From the NCBI GenBank assembly GCA_965215185.1, contig OZ244034.1, positions 640,001 through 704,000 of the forward strand: 64,000 bases of DNA, read 5' to 3'. This stretch comes from Acidimicrobiia bacterium (GTDB lineage: Bacteria; Actinomycetota; Acidimicrobiia; Spongiisociales; ZC4RG35). Below are positions 10,451 through 20,361 of this stretch, piece after piece. The notes under the pieces are model-generated. The model did no database searches. It was given only the letters and a program-made list of their open reading frames with translations, and was not told where the DNA came from. A program made the position numbers and the translations under genes. The stretch's first letter is position 1; each line of letters begins with the position of its first letter.

Positions 10451-11412
10451 ACCCGGTTCTGGCCCGTGAGGCCCGGCAGCGGTTCCGGGGACGAAAGGTC
10501 TGGCTGGTGATCGCCGGTTGGGTGATAGTGGTTGGGTTGTTGAGTTATCTGTTTTTCTTTATGGGGCGGACGTTCCAACTTGATTTCTTCTCCCCCAGGG
10601 GCCCGCTGTCGGGTCTCAACCAGGCCGGGCAGTGGGTTTTTGAGGGCATGAGCCTGGTCTTGCTCACCGCCGTTATGTTCATGGTTCCCGGCCTCACCGC
10701 CCTGTCGATAGTCGGTGAGCGAGAACGCCAGACCCTCCACCTCATCCAGGTCACCCAGTTGTCTCCGTTGGGGATTGTGGTGGGCAAGCTGTTTTCCTCG
10801 GTGGGTTACTTCGTTGTGCTGATAGTGGCGGTGATTCCCCTTTTGGGCATTCCCCTGGCTTTCGGAGCGGTGGGTCTGGTGGATGTGCTGGCGGTGCTGG
10901 GGATGTTGATTCTGACCGTTGCGATGCTGGCCTCGGTTTCGATCTGGGTTTCATCGTGGGCCCGATCCAACCGGGGGGCGGTGGCCCTCTCCTATCTTCT
11001 GGCGGTGGCGATCTTTTTGGGCTCCTTCGTGATGATGGGCGTGGAGGCATTGGCCATCCGGGACGACATCGATGACGACGGCCGGGAACTGGTCAGCACC
11101 TGGTTCAACCCCTACGTGGCGTTGGCGGATGCGGTCACATTCCCATATGATGATTCTGCGGGTTTCTTCGAGGGCGCGAACTTGCCGACTCCTCTCGAAC
11201 CCTTCGAGCTCTTGGTGATGCTGCGCCAGGGTGACAACCTGGCCGAGGAGGGGTTCCTGGGGTTTCGTCGGATACCGGGATGGATCCTCACCACCTTGGT
11301 CTATGGGCTGATCACCGCCCTCTGTCTGTGGAGTGCCGCTCGTCGAGTCACCGCTCCGCGGCCGGCGCCGCTCCGGCGAAAACGCGCCCGCGCGCCTGAT
11401 GTATCCACTTGA
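10447..11412 (+). CDS. ABC-2 type permease
   Basis: MNPVLARE, GERERQTL..IVVGKL, multiple TMs; ATGA overlap. Confidence 0.88.
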   Translation: MNPVLAREARQRFRGRKVWLVIAGWVIVVGLLSYLFFFMGRTFQLDFFSPRGPLSGLNQAGQWVFEGMSLVLLTAVMFMVPGLTALSIVGERERQTLHLIQVTQLSPLGIVVGKLFSSVGYFVVLIVAVIPLLGIPLAFGAVGLVDVLAVLGMLILTVAMLASVSIWVSSWARSNRGAVALSYLLAVAIFLGSFVMMGVEALAIRDDIDDDGRELVSTWFNPYVALADAVTFPYDDSAGFFEGANLPTPLEPFELLVMLRQGDNLAEEGFLGFRRIPGWILTTLVYGLITALCLWSAARRVTAPRPAPLRRKRARAPDVST

Positions 11413-12937
11413 GCCCCTCGTCGGGCTGGTGGCTTCGGCCCGCCGCCGCCTCTGGTTCACGCGGCTGATTGGGGATTTGGCGCTGGGAGTGGGAGTAGGC
11501 GCGTCGGGCGCGGCGGCGGTGTGGGGGGTCTCCCGGGTGGTGGTGTTTCCCTGGGCTGACCTGGTGGCGACCGGGTTGCTTTTCGGGGCATTGGTTGCGG
11601 TCCTTTCATGGTGGGTTTTCCATCGTCCCACTTCCGCCCAGGCTGCCCTGTGGGCTGACCATCGGCTAAGGGGAGAAGACCGGCTCTCCACTGCCTGGGA
11701 GCTATCTCGAACCGACCACCCGGGAACCGTGGAGCTTCGGCAGATGGCCGAGGCGGGTAGGTGGGCTGCCGAGGCGGATTCCCGTAGCTTGGGTGGGGAT
11801 TTGCCTCCGAAGAGGATGTTGGTCTTGGTGGGGTTGGCGGTGGCGGCCGCCCTGGTGTTGGCGGTGGCGCCCTCGGTTACCGATAAGGCCCTGGCAGACT
11901 CAAGAGAGGTGAAGGAGGCCGTGGAGCGGGAGAAGGCGCTGGTGGAGAATCTTGCCTCCCAGGCACCTGAAGAGTTGGCCGAGGAACTGCGGGAATTGAG
12001 GGACCGGCTGGATGAGGCCGATACTTTGGAGGAAGCCCTATCGGAACTCTCCTCCTCCCGTCTGGCCCTGGAGGAACGTCTCGGCCCTAACCGGTTGGCC
12101 GAAAGTACCGCCTTGGCAGGGTTGGCCTCCCGCCTGTCCCAGAACCCGGTGGGCAGGGGTGACGACCCCGCCTCGCAGCTATCGGATTTGGCCTCCTCTC
12201 TTGAGGGGATGTCGGCGGCCCAAAGACAGGCCGTAGCAGACGAACTGGCCGAACGGTCGGCCGATTTTGCGGGAACCAACGACGAGCTTTCCGCAGCACT
12301 GTCGGAGGCGGCCTCTGCCCTGGCCGGGGACGGGTCTTTCGACATCGGACAGGCCTCCGCCGCTCTGCAGCAGGCCGCCGGGCAAATCTCTTCGGCTCAG
12401 CAGCAGGCGTCGCGAGCTGCTGCTGCGGCGGCAACTGCGGCTCAGTTGGCCGAGGCGGGAGCACGCTTGAGGAACGCCCAACAGGGGGGAGAGGGCAGTG
12501 GGCAGTCCGGTTCCGGGGACGGCCAAGGTTCGGGTCAGGGATCGGGGTCTGGTCAAGGTGAGGGCCAGGGTCAGGGATCAGGTGGTGGGGCTGGAGGTCA
12601 AGGTGGAGGGCAAACGAATCGTTCGGGAATGGGCCAAGGCTCGGTTACCGGGGTCGGAGACAACGATCCCGCCACTGCGCCCCGGTACTCCTCTTCTGTT
12701 TTCGAGCCCCCCGCCGGCGGCTTGGGAGAAGAAGTTCGGGTCCCTATCGGCGCTACCGGTTCCGGTGAAGTGGTGGGTTCTGCAACCGCCCCATCGGTTG
12801 CCAATGCGCCACTGATTTCCTACACCGAGCGCTTGGCGGAGTACCGGTCCGAGGCCTTGGCCTCGCTGGAACGCCGCTCGCTCCCCTCTCATTTGACCGA
12901 AGTCGTCCACAGCTATTTCACGGAGTTGGAACCATGA
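11399..12937 (+). CDS. Membrane-anchored coiled-coil protein with Gly/Gln-rich linker (DUF4175-like)
   Basis: N-terminal TMs, DRLSTAWE motif, helical Ala/Glu/Gln region, C-terminal VVHSYF motif. Confidence 0.72.
   Translation: MYPLEPLVGLVASARRRLWFTRLIGDLALGVGVGASGAAAVWGVSRVVVFPWADLVATGLLFGALVAVLSWWVFHRPTSAQAALWADHRLRGEDRLSTAWELSRTDHPGTVELRQMAEAGRWAAEADSRSLGGDLPPKRMLVLVGLAVAAALVLAVAPSVTDKALADSREVKEAVEREKALVENLASQAPEELAEELRELRDRLDEADTLEEALSELSSSRLALEERLGPNRLAESTALAGLASRLSQNPVGRGDDPASQLSDLASSLEGMSAAQRQAVADELAERSADFAGTNDELSAALSEAASALAGDGSFDIGQASAALQQAAGQISSAQQQASRAAAAAATAAQLAEAGARLRNAQQGGEGSGQSGSGDGQGSGQGSGSGQGEGQGQGSGGGAGGQGGGQTNRSGMGQGSVTGVGDNDPATAPRYSSSVFEPPAGGLGEEVRVPIGATGSGEVVGSATAPSVANAPLISYTERLAEYRSEALASLERRSLPSHLTEVVHSYFTELEP
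12485..12650 (+). repeat. Low-complexity G/Q/S coding repeat (GQGSG-like)
   Basis: GEGSGQSGSGDGQGSGQGSGSGQGEGQGQGSGGGAGGQGGG. Confidence 0.7.
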
Positions 12938-13920
12938 GCAACACCCCATCTGTAGAACCGGCCGAGTTCTCCGCCCGCCTCGATCAGGCCCGAGCCGAAA
13001 TCGCCAAGGTGATTGTCGGCCAGACGGCTCTGGTCGAAAAGGTCCTGGTAGCGGTGCTGTGCGAAGGACATCTCCTCTTGGAGGGAGTTCCCGGGCTCGG
13101 CAAGACCCGCCTGCTCACCACCTTGGGTCAGGTGCTGCAGATCGGGTTCGGGCGCATCTCTTTTACTCCCGACCTGATGCCGGCCGACATCGTGGGCACC
13201 AATGTTCTGCAGTCTGGTGAATTCCGTTTCCATGCCGGGCCGGTGTTTACCAATCTGGTTCTGGCCGACGAGATCAATCGGGCCACCCCCAAGACTCAGT
13301 CGGCCCTCTTGGAGGCAATGGCAGAGCGGCGGGTGACAGTGGCGGGTGCAACCCGCCCGCTACCTCGGCCTTTTATGGTGATGGCCACCCAGAACCCTTT
13401 GGAGATGGAAGGGACCTACCCACTTCCCGAGGCGCAATTGGACCGGTTCATGCTCAAGGAATTGGTGCCCTTTCCTCCTTCCGATGATCTGGTGGAGATA
13501 CTCCGTCGCACCACCGGTGGGCCTGAGGCCCGGCCCGAGGGTGTCTTGGAGGGAAGCCATCTCACCGCGATGGCCGCGATGGTCCGGCAACTTCCCGCCG
13601 GCAAGCACCTGCTTCGATACGCCTCCACCCTGGTGGGCGCCACCCATCCCGACTCCCCGGGCGCCACCGAAGGTATTCGCCGCTATGTGCGGGCAGGGGC
13701 CAGTCCCAGGGGAGCGCAAGCCCTCATCCTGGGAGGAAAGGCCCTGGCAGTGATGGACGGGCGCCCCAATCTGTCGGCGGGCGACATCCGCCTACTGGCT
13801 CATCCGGCTCTTCGGCACCGATTGGTTCTGGGATACGAGGCGGTGGTGGACGGCGTCACCTCCGATCGGTTGATAGACGAAGTGCTGGAGGCTCATCCCG
13901 AGCCGGTGGCTGAGGGCTGA
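12934..13920 (+). CDS. moxR: MoxR family AAA+ ATPase
   Basis: EGVPGLGKT, FTPDLMPAD, LADEINRATPKTQSALLEAM, TQNPLE, EAQLDRF. Confidence 0.95.
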   Translation: MSNTPSVEPAEFSARLDQARAEIAKVIVGQTALVEKVLVAVLCEGHLLLEGVPGLGKTRLLTTLGQVLQIGFGRISFTPDLMPADIVGTNVLQSGEFRFHAGPVFTNLVLADEINRATPKTQSALLEAMAERRVTVAGATRPLPRPFMVMATQNPLEMEGTYPLPEAQLDRFMLKELVPFPPSDDLVEILRRTTGGPEARPEGVLEGSHLTAMAAMVRQLPAGKHLLRYASTLVGATHPDSPGATEGIRRYVRAGASPRGAQALILGGKALAVMDGRPNLSAGDIRLLAHPALRHRLVLGYEAVVDGVTSDRLIDEVLEAHPEPVAEG

Positions 13921-14792
13921 TGCTGATCTCCGCCGACCTGCGTGAGAAACTTGGACGTTTTTCCCTGACGGCCCGGGGAAGAGTGCGGTCTGCCCACGGT
14001 GGGCGGCATTCTTCCTTCTACAAGGGCGAGAGCATCGACTTTGTTGATTTTCGCGAGTACACCCCGGGAGATGATTACCGGCGCATAGATCACTTGCTGT
14101 GGGCTCGGTTGGGGGTCCCTCTCATCAGGGAATTTGAAGCGGAGCGGGAGCTTTCGGTCCGGGTGGTGGTGGATCGGTCCCCCTCCATGGGTTTCCACGA
14201 CAAACTCCCTGCGGCCCTGCAACTGGCTGGAATGATCACCTACCTGGCTTTGGCCGGAGGGGATCGGGTGGAGCTGTGGGGTATACCCGGCATTAGGGGC
14301 GAATCAGTGGTGACGCGGGGCCCGATGGGAAGACATCTTTCTTCCTGGCCGCGGCTGGAAGCCTGGTTGGAGGGAACAAGGATTGAGCCGGATGTAGGTA
14401 GGGTGGCTCCGGCGCTGGCGGCCATCACCGCGGGAGGCGGACGTCGGTACACCGTGTTGGTGAGCGACCTGCTGGTTTCGGACTGGAGCGCGGGTCTCGA
14501 CCGGCTGGCCGTTTCGGTGGGGGGGATGGTGCTACATGTGCTGGGTACCCCTGAACTGGATCCGGAGGTGGTGGGAGATGTTCGGCTGCGTGATGCCGAA
14601 ACCGGCGAGGAGTCGGATTTCTCCGGCACGGCCGATGCCTATCAGCGTTATCGTTCCCGTCTCGACGAGTTGTGTTCGCAGATGGCGATCCGCTCGGCGC
14701 GGTCGGGTCTCCACTATCTGCTGGTGGAGGCCGGTTCCGATGTCGCGGAACGAACCATGTCCGAGTTGGCAGGGGCAAGAGTGGTCTCCTAG
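13920..14792 (+). CDS. DUF58 domain protein (VWA-like)
   Basis: DFVDFREYTPGDDYRRID, DRSPSM, VSDLL. Confidence 0.9.
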   Translation: MLISADLREKLGRFSLTARGRVRSAHGGRHSSFYKGESIDFVDFREYTPGDDYRRIDHLLWARLGVPLIREFEAERELSVRVVVDRSPSMGFHDKLPAALQLAGMITYLALAGGDRVELWGIPGIRGESVVTRGPMGRHLSSWPRLEAWLEGTRIEPDVGRVAPALAAITAGGGRRYTVLVSDLLVSDWSAGLDRLAVSVGGMVLHVLGTPELDPEVVGDVRLRDAETGEESDFSGTADAYQRYRSRLDELCSQMAIRSARSGLHYLLVEAGSDVAERTMSELAGARVVS

Positions 14793-15151
14793 CTCATGAT
14801 GATCAGATCCCTGGGCTTCGACCTCACCTGTGCGAGTTCGGGAACGATCTGCGTGGTTTGGGATAATTACCGGCTGTTGGCGGTTGAATCTGTCCCATCC
14901 CCGTTTCATAGTGTGAACAGCCTCAAAACACCGGTAGGGACCGAACCGACGCGTAGTGCGGTCTGGGCCAGGGATCATCTTCTTTCAAGACGCCCCTCGC
15001 CGGGGACGGGCGGAGCGCGTCTTGACCAACGGCACGGTGGCGGCGGGGGAGGGCCCTTGCGGGGTGGTGGAGGCTGGAGGATTTCGCGGATTAGTGGGGC
15101 TTTTCGCGGGTTGTGCCATTTGTCTCAGAGAGAGCGGATCGGGGTGGGATT

Positions 15152-16996
15152 TTGAGTTTTCTGGTGCCGGCCGCTCTGGGGCTCTCTTCCCTGGCTCTGC
15201 CTCTGATCGCCCTCTACATGCTGCGAAGCCGTCGCGAGAGGGTCGAAATTTCGAGCCTTCTGTTGTGGGAGACGGCAGCCGACCCCCTTTCTTCTTCCCG
15301 GCCCTGGCGGCGGCTGAAAATCACCCCCTTACTCTTGATCCAACTGGCGGTTCTGGCCGCTTTTGTCTTTTCTCTGGCCCGTCCATTCGGCGCCGAAGAG
15401 GCGCGGCTGGGGGCCCATACGGTCCTGGTGTTGGACGTGTCCGGTTCCATGGGGATGGCCGGTCGCTTCGAGCGAGCGAAGGAGGAGGCCCTGGGTTGGG
15501 TTGATGAGATGTCGGGCGAGCAGTTGGTGTCGGTGATAGAGGCCGGCGCCCTACCGCGGGTGGTGGTGGCTTTCTCCCGACAACCTGACGAAGTGGCCGA
15601 AGCGGTATCCGGTGTGAAGCTAACCGGCGGGGAAGCCGACTTGGCCGAGGCCGTCCGTCTGGGAAGAGGTTTGGCCACTCCTGAACATCCTTCCGATCTG
15701 GTGTTATTCACGGATGGAGGTAATGCGGCGTTGGCCTTGGAACCGGTGGCTGCCGCCCGTCACCTTCCTTTTGACGAGACCGGCGACAACTGGGCGATCG
15801 AAGCTTTCTCACTGGAGAGAGATTCGGCGGGCGTGATCAGAGGACTGGTCTCCGTGGCCAATCACAGTGCACCCGCTGAGCCGGTGACTGTGGAAATTGA
15901 GGTTGATGGACAAGTTGCCTCCCGGATGGAACTGACCCCTCCTCCCAATGGGACGGACGAGGCGTTCATTTCTGTCCCGGCCGGTCCGGGAGCGGTGGTC
16001 CGCGCCCGATTGGTCGATGTGAGAGACTCCCTTCCCATGGACGACCAGTCTTGGGCGGCTTTGGTGGTTCCGTCTGTTACCCGGGTGGAGTTAACGGGCG
16101 TGGAATCTCCCTACCTGGGGGCCTTGTTGGCCGCCATCCCCGACCTGGAGGAGACTGACGACCCTGAAACAGCCGCGGACGTGTCGGTTGTCAACCGGGG
16201 GAGCGTTCCCGAGATCAGCGGGCCCACTTGGCTGATCCGCACCGACCCTCCGCCACCGGGATTGCGATTGACCGCATTGGCCACCAATCTGGGGGTGACA
16301 TGGCAACGACCGGGTGAACCGGTGTTGGACGATGTGAGTCTGGCCGGGACGGCCGTCGCCGAAGCGCAAGTGGTGGAGACTGATCTGTGGCTGCCGGTGG
16401 TCAAATCCGGGGATGTTCCCTTGGTGCTCCTGGGCAGGGTGGACGGGCACCGGGTGGTCTACTTCACCTTCGATCTAACCCATTCCAACCTGGTTGTGCA
16501 ACTGGCCTTTCCCTTGTTGGGGGTCAGGCTCCTGGAATGGTTGGGAGGGGAGGCGAGCGGGGGGATCCACCCCGCCCCTGCCGGAGAACCTATCCCGCTT
16601 ATAGTCACCGGCGGCGGTGTCCAGGTGGGGACTCCTGATGGAGGCTCCGTGACCCTTGGTTCGGGCGCCGCATCTTTTGTCCACACTGGTGATCCGGGGG
16701 TATACCGGATCGAGTATCTCGACGAGAACGGGCAAGTCGAACGCTCTGAACTGTCCGTAAGGCACTTCGCGGCGGTCGAGTCGCCTGCCGCATCCCGCGC
16801 AGTGGAAGTCGAGCCCGGCTCTTTTCTCTCCGATGAGAGAACCATCACCATCCGGGAATGGGGACCGTGGGTGGCGGCTCTGGCGGCTCTGCTCATGCTG
16901 GTGGAATGGTGGATGGCGCTTCGCCAACCGATGCGTCCCCGCTCCTCTCCTTCGAGAGTGGTAGGGCCCTTCCGGACTGCCAGGAGGCGGGTATGA
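15152..16996 (+). CDS. BatA N-terminal + VWA domain membrane protein
   Basis: TTG start (MSFLVP..LYMLR), SSLLLW, LARP, MIDAS DVSGS, FTDG, C-terminal TM LVEWW. Confidence 0.85.
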   Translation: MSFLVPAALGLSSLALPLIALYMLRSRRERVEISSLLLWETAADPLSSSRPWRRLKITPLLLIQLAVLAAFVFSLARPFGAEEARLGAHTVLVLDVSGSMGMAGRFERAKEEALGWVDEMSGEQLVSVIEAGALPRVVVAFSRQPDEVAEAVSGVKLTGGEADLAEAVRLGRGLATPEHPSDLVLFTDGGNAALALEPVAAARHLPFDETGDNWAIEAFSLERDSAGVIRGLVSVANHSAPAEPVTVEIEVDGQVASRMELTPPPNGTDEAFISVPAGPGAVVRARLVDVRDSLPMDDQSWAALVVPSVTRVELTGVESPYLGALLAAIPDLEETDDPETAADVSVVNRGSVPEISGPTWLIRTDPPPPGLRLTALATNLGVTWQRPGEPVLDDVSLAGTAVAEAQVVETDLWLPVVKSGDVPLVLLGRVDGHRVVYFTFDLTHSNLVVQLAFPLLGVRLLEWLGGEASGGIHPAPAGEPIPLIVTGGGVQVGTPDGGSVTLGSGAASFVHTGDPGVYRIEYLDENGQVERSELSVRHFAAVESPAASRAVEVEPGSFLSDERTITIREWGPWVAALAALLMLVEWWMALRQPMRPRSSPSRVVGPFRTARRRV

Positions 16997-19701
16997 AATT
17001 CGAGACGCCGTGGTTTCTGGGCGTGGCTGTGTTGGGTGTGGCGGCGGTCTGGTACCTGGCTCGGCGGGGGAGATGGGCGCTGGGGAAGCGGCGTCGGCGG
17101 TGGGTGGCGGCGCTGCGCATTCTGGGAGTGGCCCTGGCACTGTTGGCCGCGGCGCAGCCCTTGGTGACCTTCCCTCAACAGCAAAAAGCGGTGCTGTTCG
17201 TCCTGGACCGGTCCCTTTCGGTGGGGCCCGAAGCGCGCGCCGAACAGGAACGGCTGGTAGCGGAGGCGTTGGAATCTGCTGGGGAGGGTGATTTGGCTGG
17301 GTTGATGGTATTCGGGGCAGAGGCGAGAATGGACACGTCGTTGACCACTGATCGAGATCTGCTGCCGGTTCGGTCGGTGGTCGACTCGTCTGCCACCGGG
17401 TTGGGAAGAGCTCTGCGCGGGGCCGCGGCGCTGCTCCCGACCGCCGGGTCCCGTCGGGTGGTGGTGCTGAGCGACATGGCCGACACCGCAGGAGAAGTCA
17501 GGGAAGCGGCCGCGGCACTCGCTGAGGCTGGAGTGGCGGTGGATGTGGTTGTGTTGGAAAGCGCATTGGGCGCCGATGTTCTGGTTGACGCGGTGCAGGT
17601 GCCCGGCCTGGTGAGGGAAGGAGAGATACTTTCTGCCACTGTGAGAATCCGCTCCGACCGTCCCGGCCCGGCACGCCTGCGGATCATCGCCGGGGACCAT
17701 GTCGAACAACGGGACATCCAGCTGCTGGCGGGCGCCAACCAGGTCGAGATCCGGATACCAATCGATCGCACTGCCGTGGAGCAGGGGGGCCCATTGGCGG
17801 TGGAGGTTCAGCTCTTTGCGGCTTGGGACGAGCATTCACAAAACAACCGGGCGGTGGGGATAACCCGAGTGGAAGGCGCCGCTCGGATAGTAGTCGTGGA
17901 GGATCCTGCCCGTCGGGGTGAGGGCGCCTTTTTGCAGGCCGCCCTGGAGGCCTCCTCGATGACCGTCGAGCGGGCGGTGGGCATCCCATCGGGGGAGACT
18001 TTGGCGGAATACGATGGGGTGGTGCTGGTTAACGTGGGGCTGCGGGAATCCGAGGGGGTGGAGAATCTGGTTTCCTATGTGGAGGACTTCGGTCGGGGTC
18101 TGGTGGTGGTGGGAGGGGATAGAAGCTTCGGGATGGGTGATTATCACCGTACGCCTCTGGAATCGGTTCTGCCGGTCTCCTCGGATCCCGATGACCTGCT
18201 ACGTCGCCAGCCGGTGGCCGAGGTGCTGGCGCTCGACACTTCCGGTTCGATGGGATCTTGCCACTGCGGAGGCAACGCGGTGCGTATCGAGGGGGGGACC
18301 CCCAAGACCGCCATCGCCCAGGCGGGCGCTGCCCAGGCGATCGCAGCTTTGACCAGTTCCGACCAGGTGGGGGTCTTGGCCTTTTCCTCGGGTTTTGACT
18401 GGACCATTCCCTTCGGTTCCCGGCCCGACCCCGAACACGCCACCGCCGCTCTGGCTTCTCTCACCCCCGATGGGGACACCGAGATACGCCCTGCCTTGGC
18501 CGAGGCGCTCCGGGTCTTGGAGGGTGTGGAGGGCTCTTTGCGTCATATCGTGCTGTTCACCGACGGGTGGGATCCCAACGAGGCGGGGCTGTTGCCGATG
18601 GCTCGCCGGATCGCTGATCAGGGAGTGACTCTCTCGGTGTTGGGGACCGGGGAAGGACCCGGTCCCACCCTGCAGCGCATGGCGGAGTTGGGTGGTGGGC
18701 GATACTATCCCGGGGTTGATCTTGATCGGGTGCCGGAGATTTTCGTGGAGGAGACCTTGCTGGTGGCCGAAAACCTGGTGCGTGAAGGGGTTTTCCACCC
18801 TGTGCGGGGATTGCCCACTCCGGTCATCGAGGGATTGGTGGAGTCTCCGCCGCTGCTGGGTTATGTGGCCACCAAAGCCAAGGGAACCGCCACGGTCTCT
18901 TTGGAGGTGGGCGCGGAGCATCCCCTCCTGGCCTCCTGGCAGCGGGGACTGGGACGGGTGGCTGTCTGGACCTCGGACGCCACCTCCCGGTGGAGTTCGG
19001 AGTGGGTGGACTGGTCAGGGTTCGCTCCGTTCTGGGGGAAAGTGGTGCGAGATACCCTTTCCCCGCAGAGCGATTCGGAACTCGCAGTGACAGTGGAGGG
19101 GGGAGAACTTGCCATTACGGTAGAACAACCGGGCCTGCCCGAGGGAGCGTCGAGCATTGCCAGAGTGCGGGCTCCCGACGGCGAGGTCTCAGTGGTCTCA
19201 CTTCGAAGGGTCGCCTCCCAGACATTCGAGGGCAGGGCGCCGGCATCCGCGGCCGGGGCCTATTGGGTCACAGCGGTGATCACCACTGCGGAGGGCGCGA
19301 TGACCACCCAGAGCGCGGGCGCGGTCTCCACCTATCGAGAGGAGTATTCGTTCTTGCCCCCCGATCCGACTTTGGCTTTGGAGGTGGCGGAAGCCACCGG
19401 CGGAAGGGTCAATCCGTCCCCCAGCGAGCTGTTTGACGCGGCACCCACGCGAGGGGTCACCGAGTTGGCGATCTGGCCGTGGCTGGCCGGGGTGGCTCTG
19501 GCGCTGTTTTTGATCGATGCCGCGGCGCGGCGTCTGCGTTTCTCGGTGGGAAGGGCCACCTCGGTCCAGACGGTTGGAAAGCGGATCGAGGGCGAAACGG
19601 CGGTTGTGGAAGAACCCCCAGCGGTCTCACCGGCTTCCGACCGTCCGGCGCCAGAGCGTTCCGAAACCCTGGAGCGGCTGATGCGCCGCGCCGGCCGATG
19701 A
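16993..19701 (+). CDS. Double-VWA protein with glutamine-amidotransferase-like (DUF1355-type) domain
   Basis: MIDAS DRSLS and DTSGS; YDGVVLVNV..GLVVVGGDRSFG; WQRGLGR; N- and C-terminal TMs. Confidence 0.85.
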   Translation: MKFETPWFLGVAVLGVAAVWYLARRGRWALGKRRRRWVAALRILGVALALLAAAQPLVTFPQQQKAVLFVLDRSLSVGPEARAEQERLVAEALESAGEGDLAGLMVFGAEARMDTSLTTDRDLLPVRSVVDSSATGLGRALRGAAALLPTAGSRRVVVLSDMADTAGEVREAAAALAEAGVAVDVVVLESALGADVLVDAVQVPGLVREGEILSATVRIRSDRPGPARLRIIAGDHVEQRDIQLLAGANQVEIRIPIDRTAVEQGGPLAVEVQLFAAWDEHSQNNRAVGITRVEGAARIVVVEDPARRGEGAFLQAALEASSMTVERAVGIPSGETLAEYDGVVLVNVGLRESEGVENLVSYVEDFGRGLVVVGGDRSFGMGDYHRTPLESVLPVSSDPDDLLRRQPVAEVLALDTSGSMGSCHCGGNAVRIEGGTPKTAIAQAGAAQAIAALTSSDQVGVLAFSSGFDWTIPFGSRPDPEHATAALASLTPDGDTEIRPALAEALRVLEGVEGSLRHIVLFTDGWDPNEAGLLPMARRIADQGVTLSVLGTGEGPGPTLQRMAELGGGRYYPGVDLDRVPEIFVEETLLVAENLVREGVFHPVRGLPTPVIEGLVESPPLLGYVATKAKGTATVSLEVGAEHPLLASWQRGLGRVAVWTSDATSRWSSEWVDWSGFAPFWGKVVRDTLSPQSDSELAVTVEGGELAITVEQPGLPEGASSIARVRAPDGEVSVVSLRRVASQTFEGRAPASAAGAYWVTAVITTAEGAMTTQSAGAVSTYREEYSFLPPDPTLALEVAEATGGRVNPSPSELFDAAPTRGVTELAIWPWLAGVALALFLIDAAARRLRFSVGRATSVQTVGKRIEGETAVVEEPPAVSPASDRPAPERSETLERLMRRAGR

Positions 19702-20291
19702 GCGCCGCCCCGCCCAGAAGGACGTTTAGCCGCCCCGAATTGGAAAGCTTCCGGAACAAGACCGTCCCGGATCTGGTTGGTCCGGGGCTTCGACTCTTGT
19801 TTGTGGGGATCAACCCCGGCCTGTGGACCGCCGCCACCCAGACTCATTTCGCCCACCCCACCAACCGTTTCTACCCGGCTCTCTATCGGGCGGGGGTGAC
19901 GAGTTATGAGATCTCCCGAGAGCGTGGCTTCACCTGCGAGGATCGCCGTTATTTGGTGGAACGGGGAGTGGGGATCACCAACCTGGCGGAGAGGGCTACC
20001 GCCCGCGCCTCGGAGCTTTCGGCGCAAGAACTGCGGTCGGGCGCGATCGTTCTATCGGAGAAAGTGAAGAAGTGGCGTCCCAGGGTGGTGGCGGTGGTGG
20101 GGATTACCGCTTATCGGACGGCTTTTCGCAGACCGCGGGCCCGATCCGGTTTGCAGCCCGACCGTCTTGAAGACACCGAACTGTGGGTGGTTCCCAATCC
20201 CAGCGGTCTCAACGCCCATGAGACAATCGCCACGCTGACCGACTGGTACGGAAGGGTCGCTCAAGCGGCCAGCCTAGCGCCGACTATGTAG
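19698..20291 (+). CDS. mug: G/U mismatch-specific DNA glycosylase
   Basis: FVGINPG, HFAHPTNRF, GITNL, VPNPSGLN. Confidence 0.9.
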   Translation: MSAAPPRRTFSRPELESFRNKTVPDLVGPGLRLLFVGINPGLWTAATQTHFAHPTNRFYPALYRAGVTSYEISRERGFTCEDRRYLVERGVGITNLAERATARASELSAQELRSGAIVLSEKVKKWRPRVVAVVGITAYRTAFRRPRARSGLQPDRLEDTELWVVPNPSGLNAHETIATLTDWYGRVAQAASLAPTM

Positions 20292-20361
20292 CTTATACTG
20301 CGGCGTAGTAAATGCCCGGGTGGTCTTGATCGCTCGGGGTGCAGTGACCAAAGGAGGACTT

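Noticed and set aside
14796-15155. 119-aa ORF filling the DUF58-VWA gap
   Set aside because: No motif or RBS, and a Gly/Arg-rich shadow-like composition.
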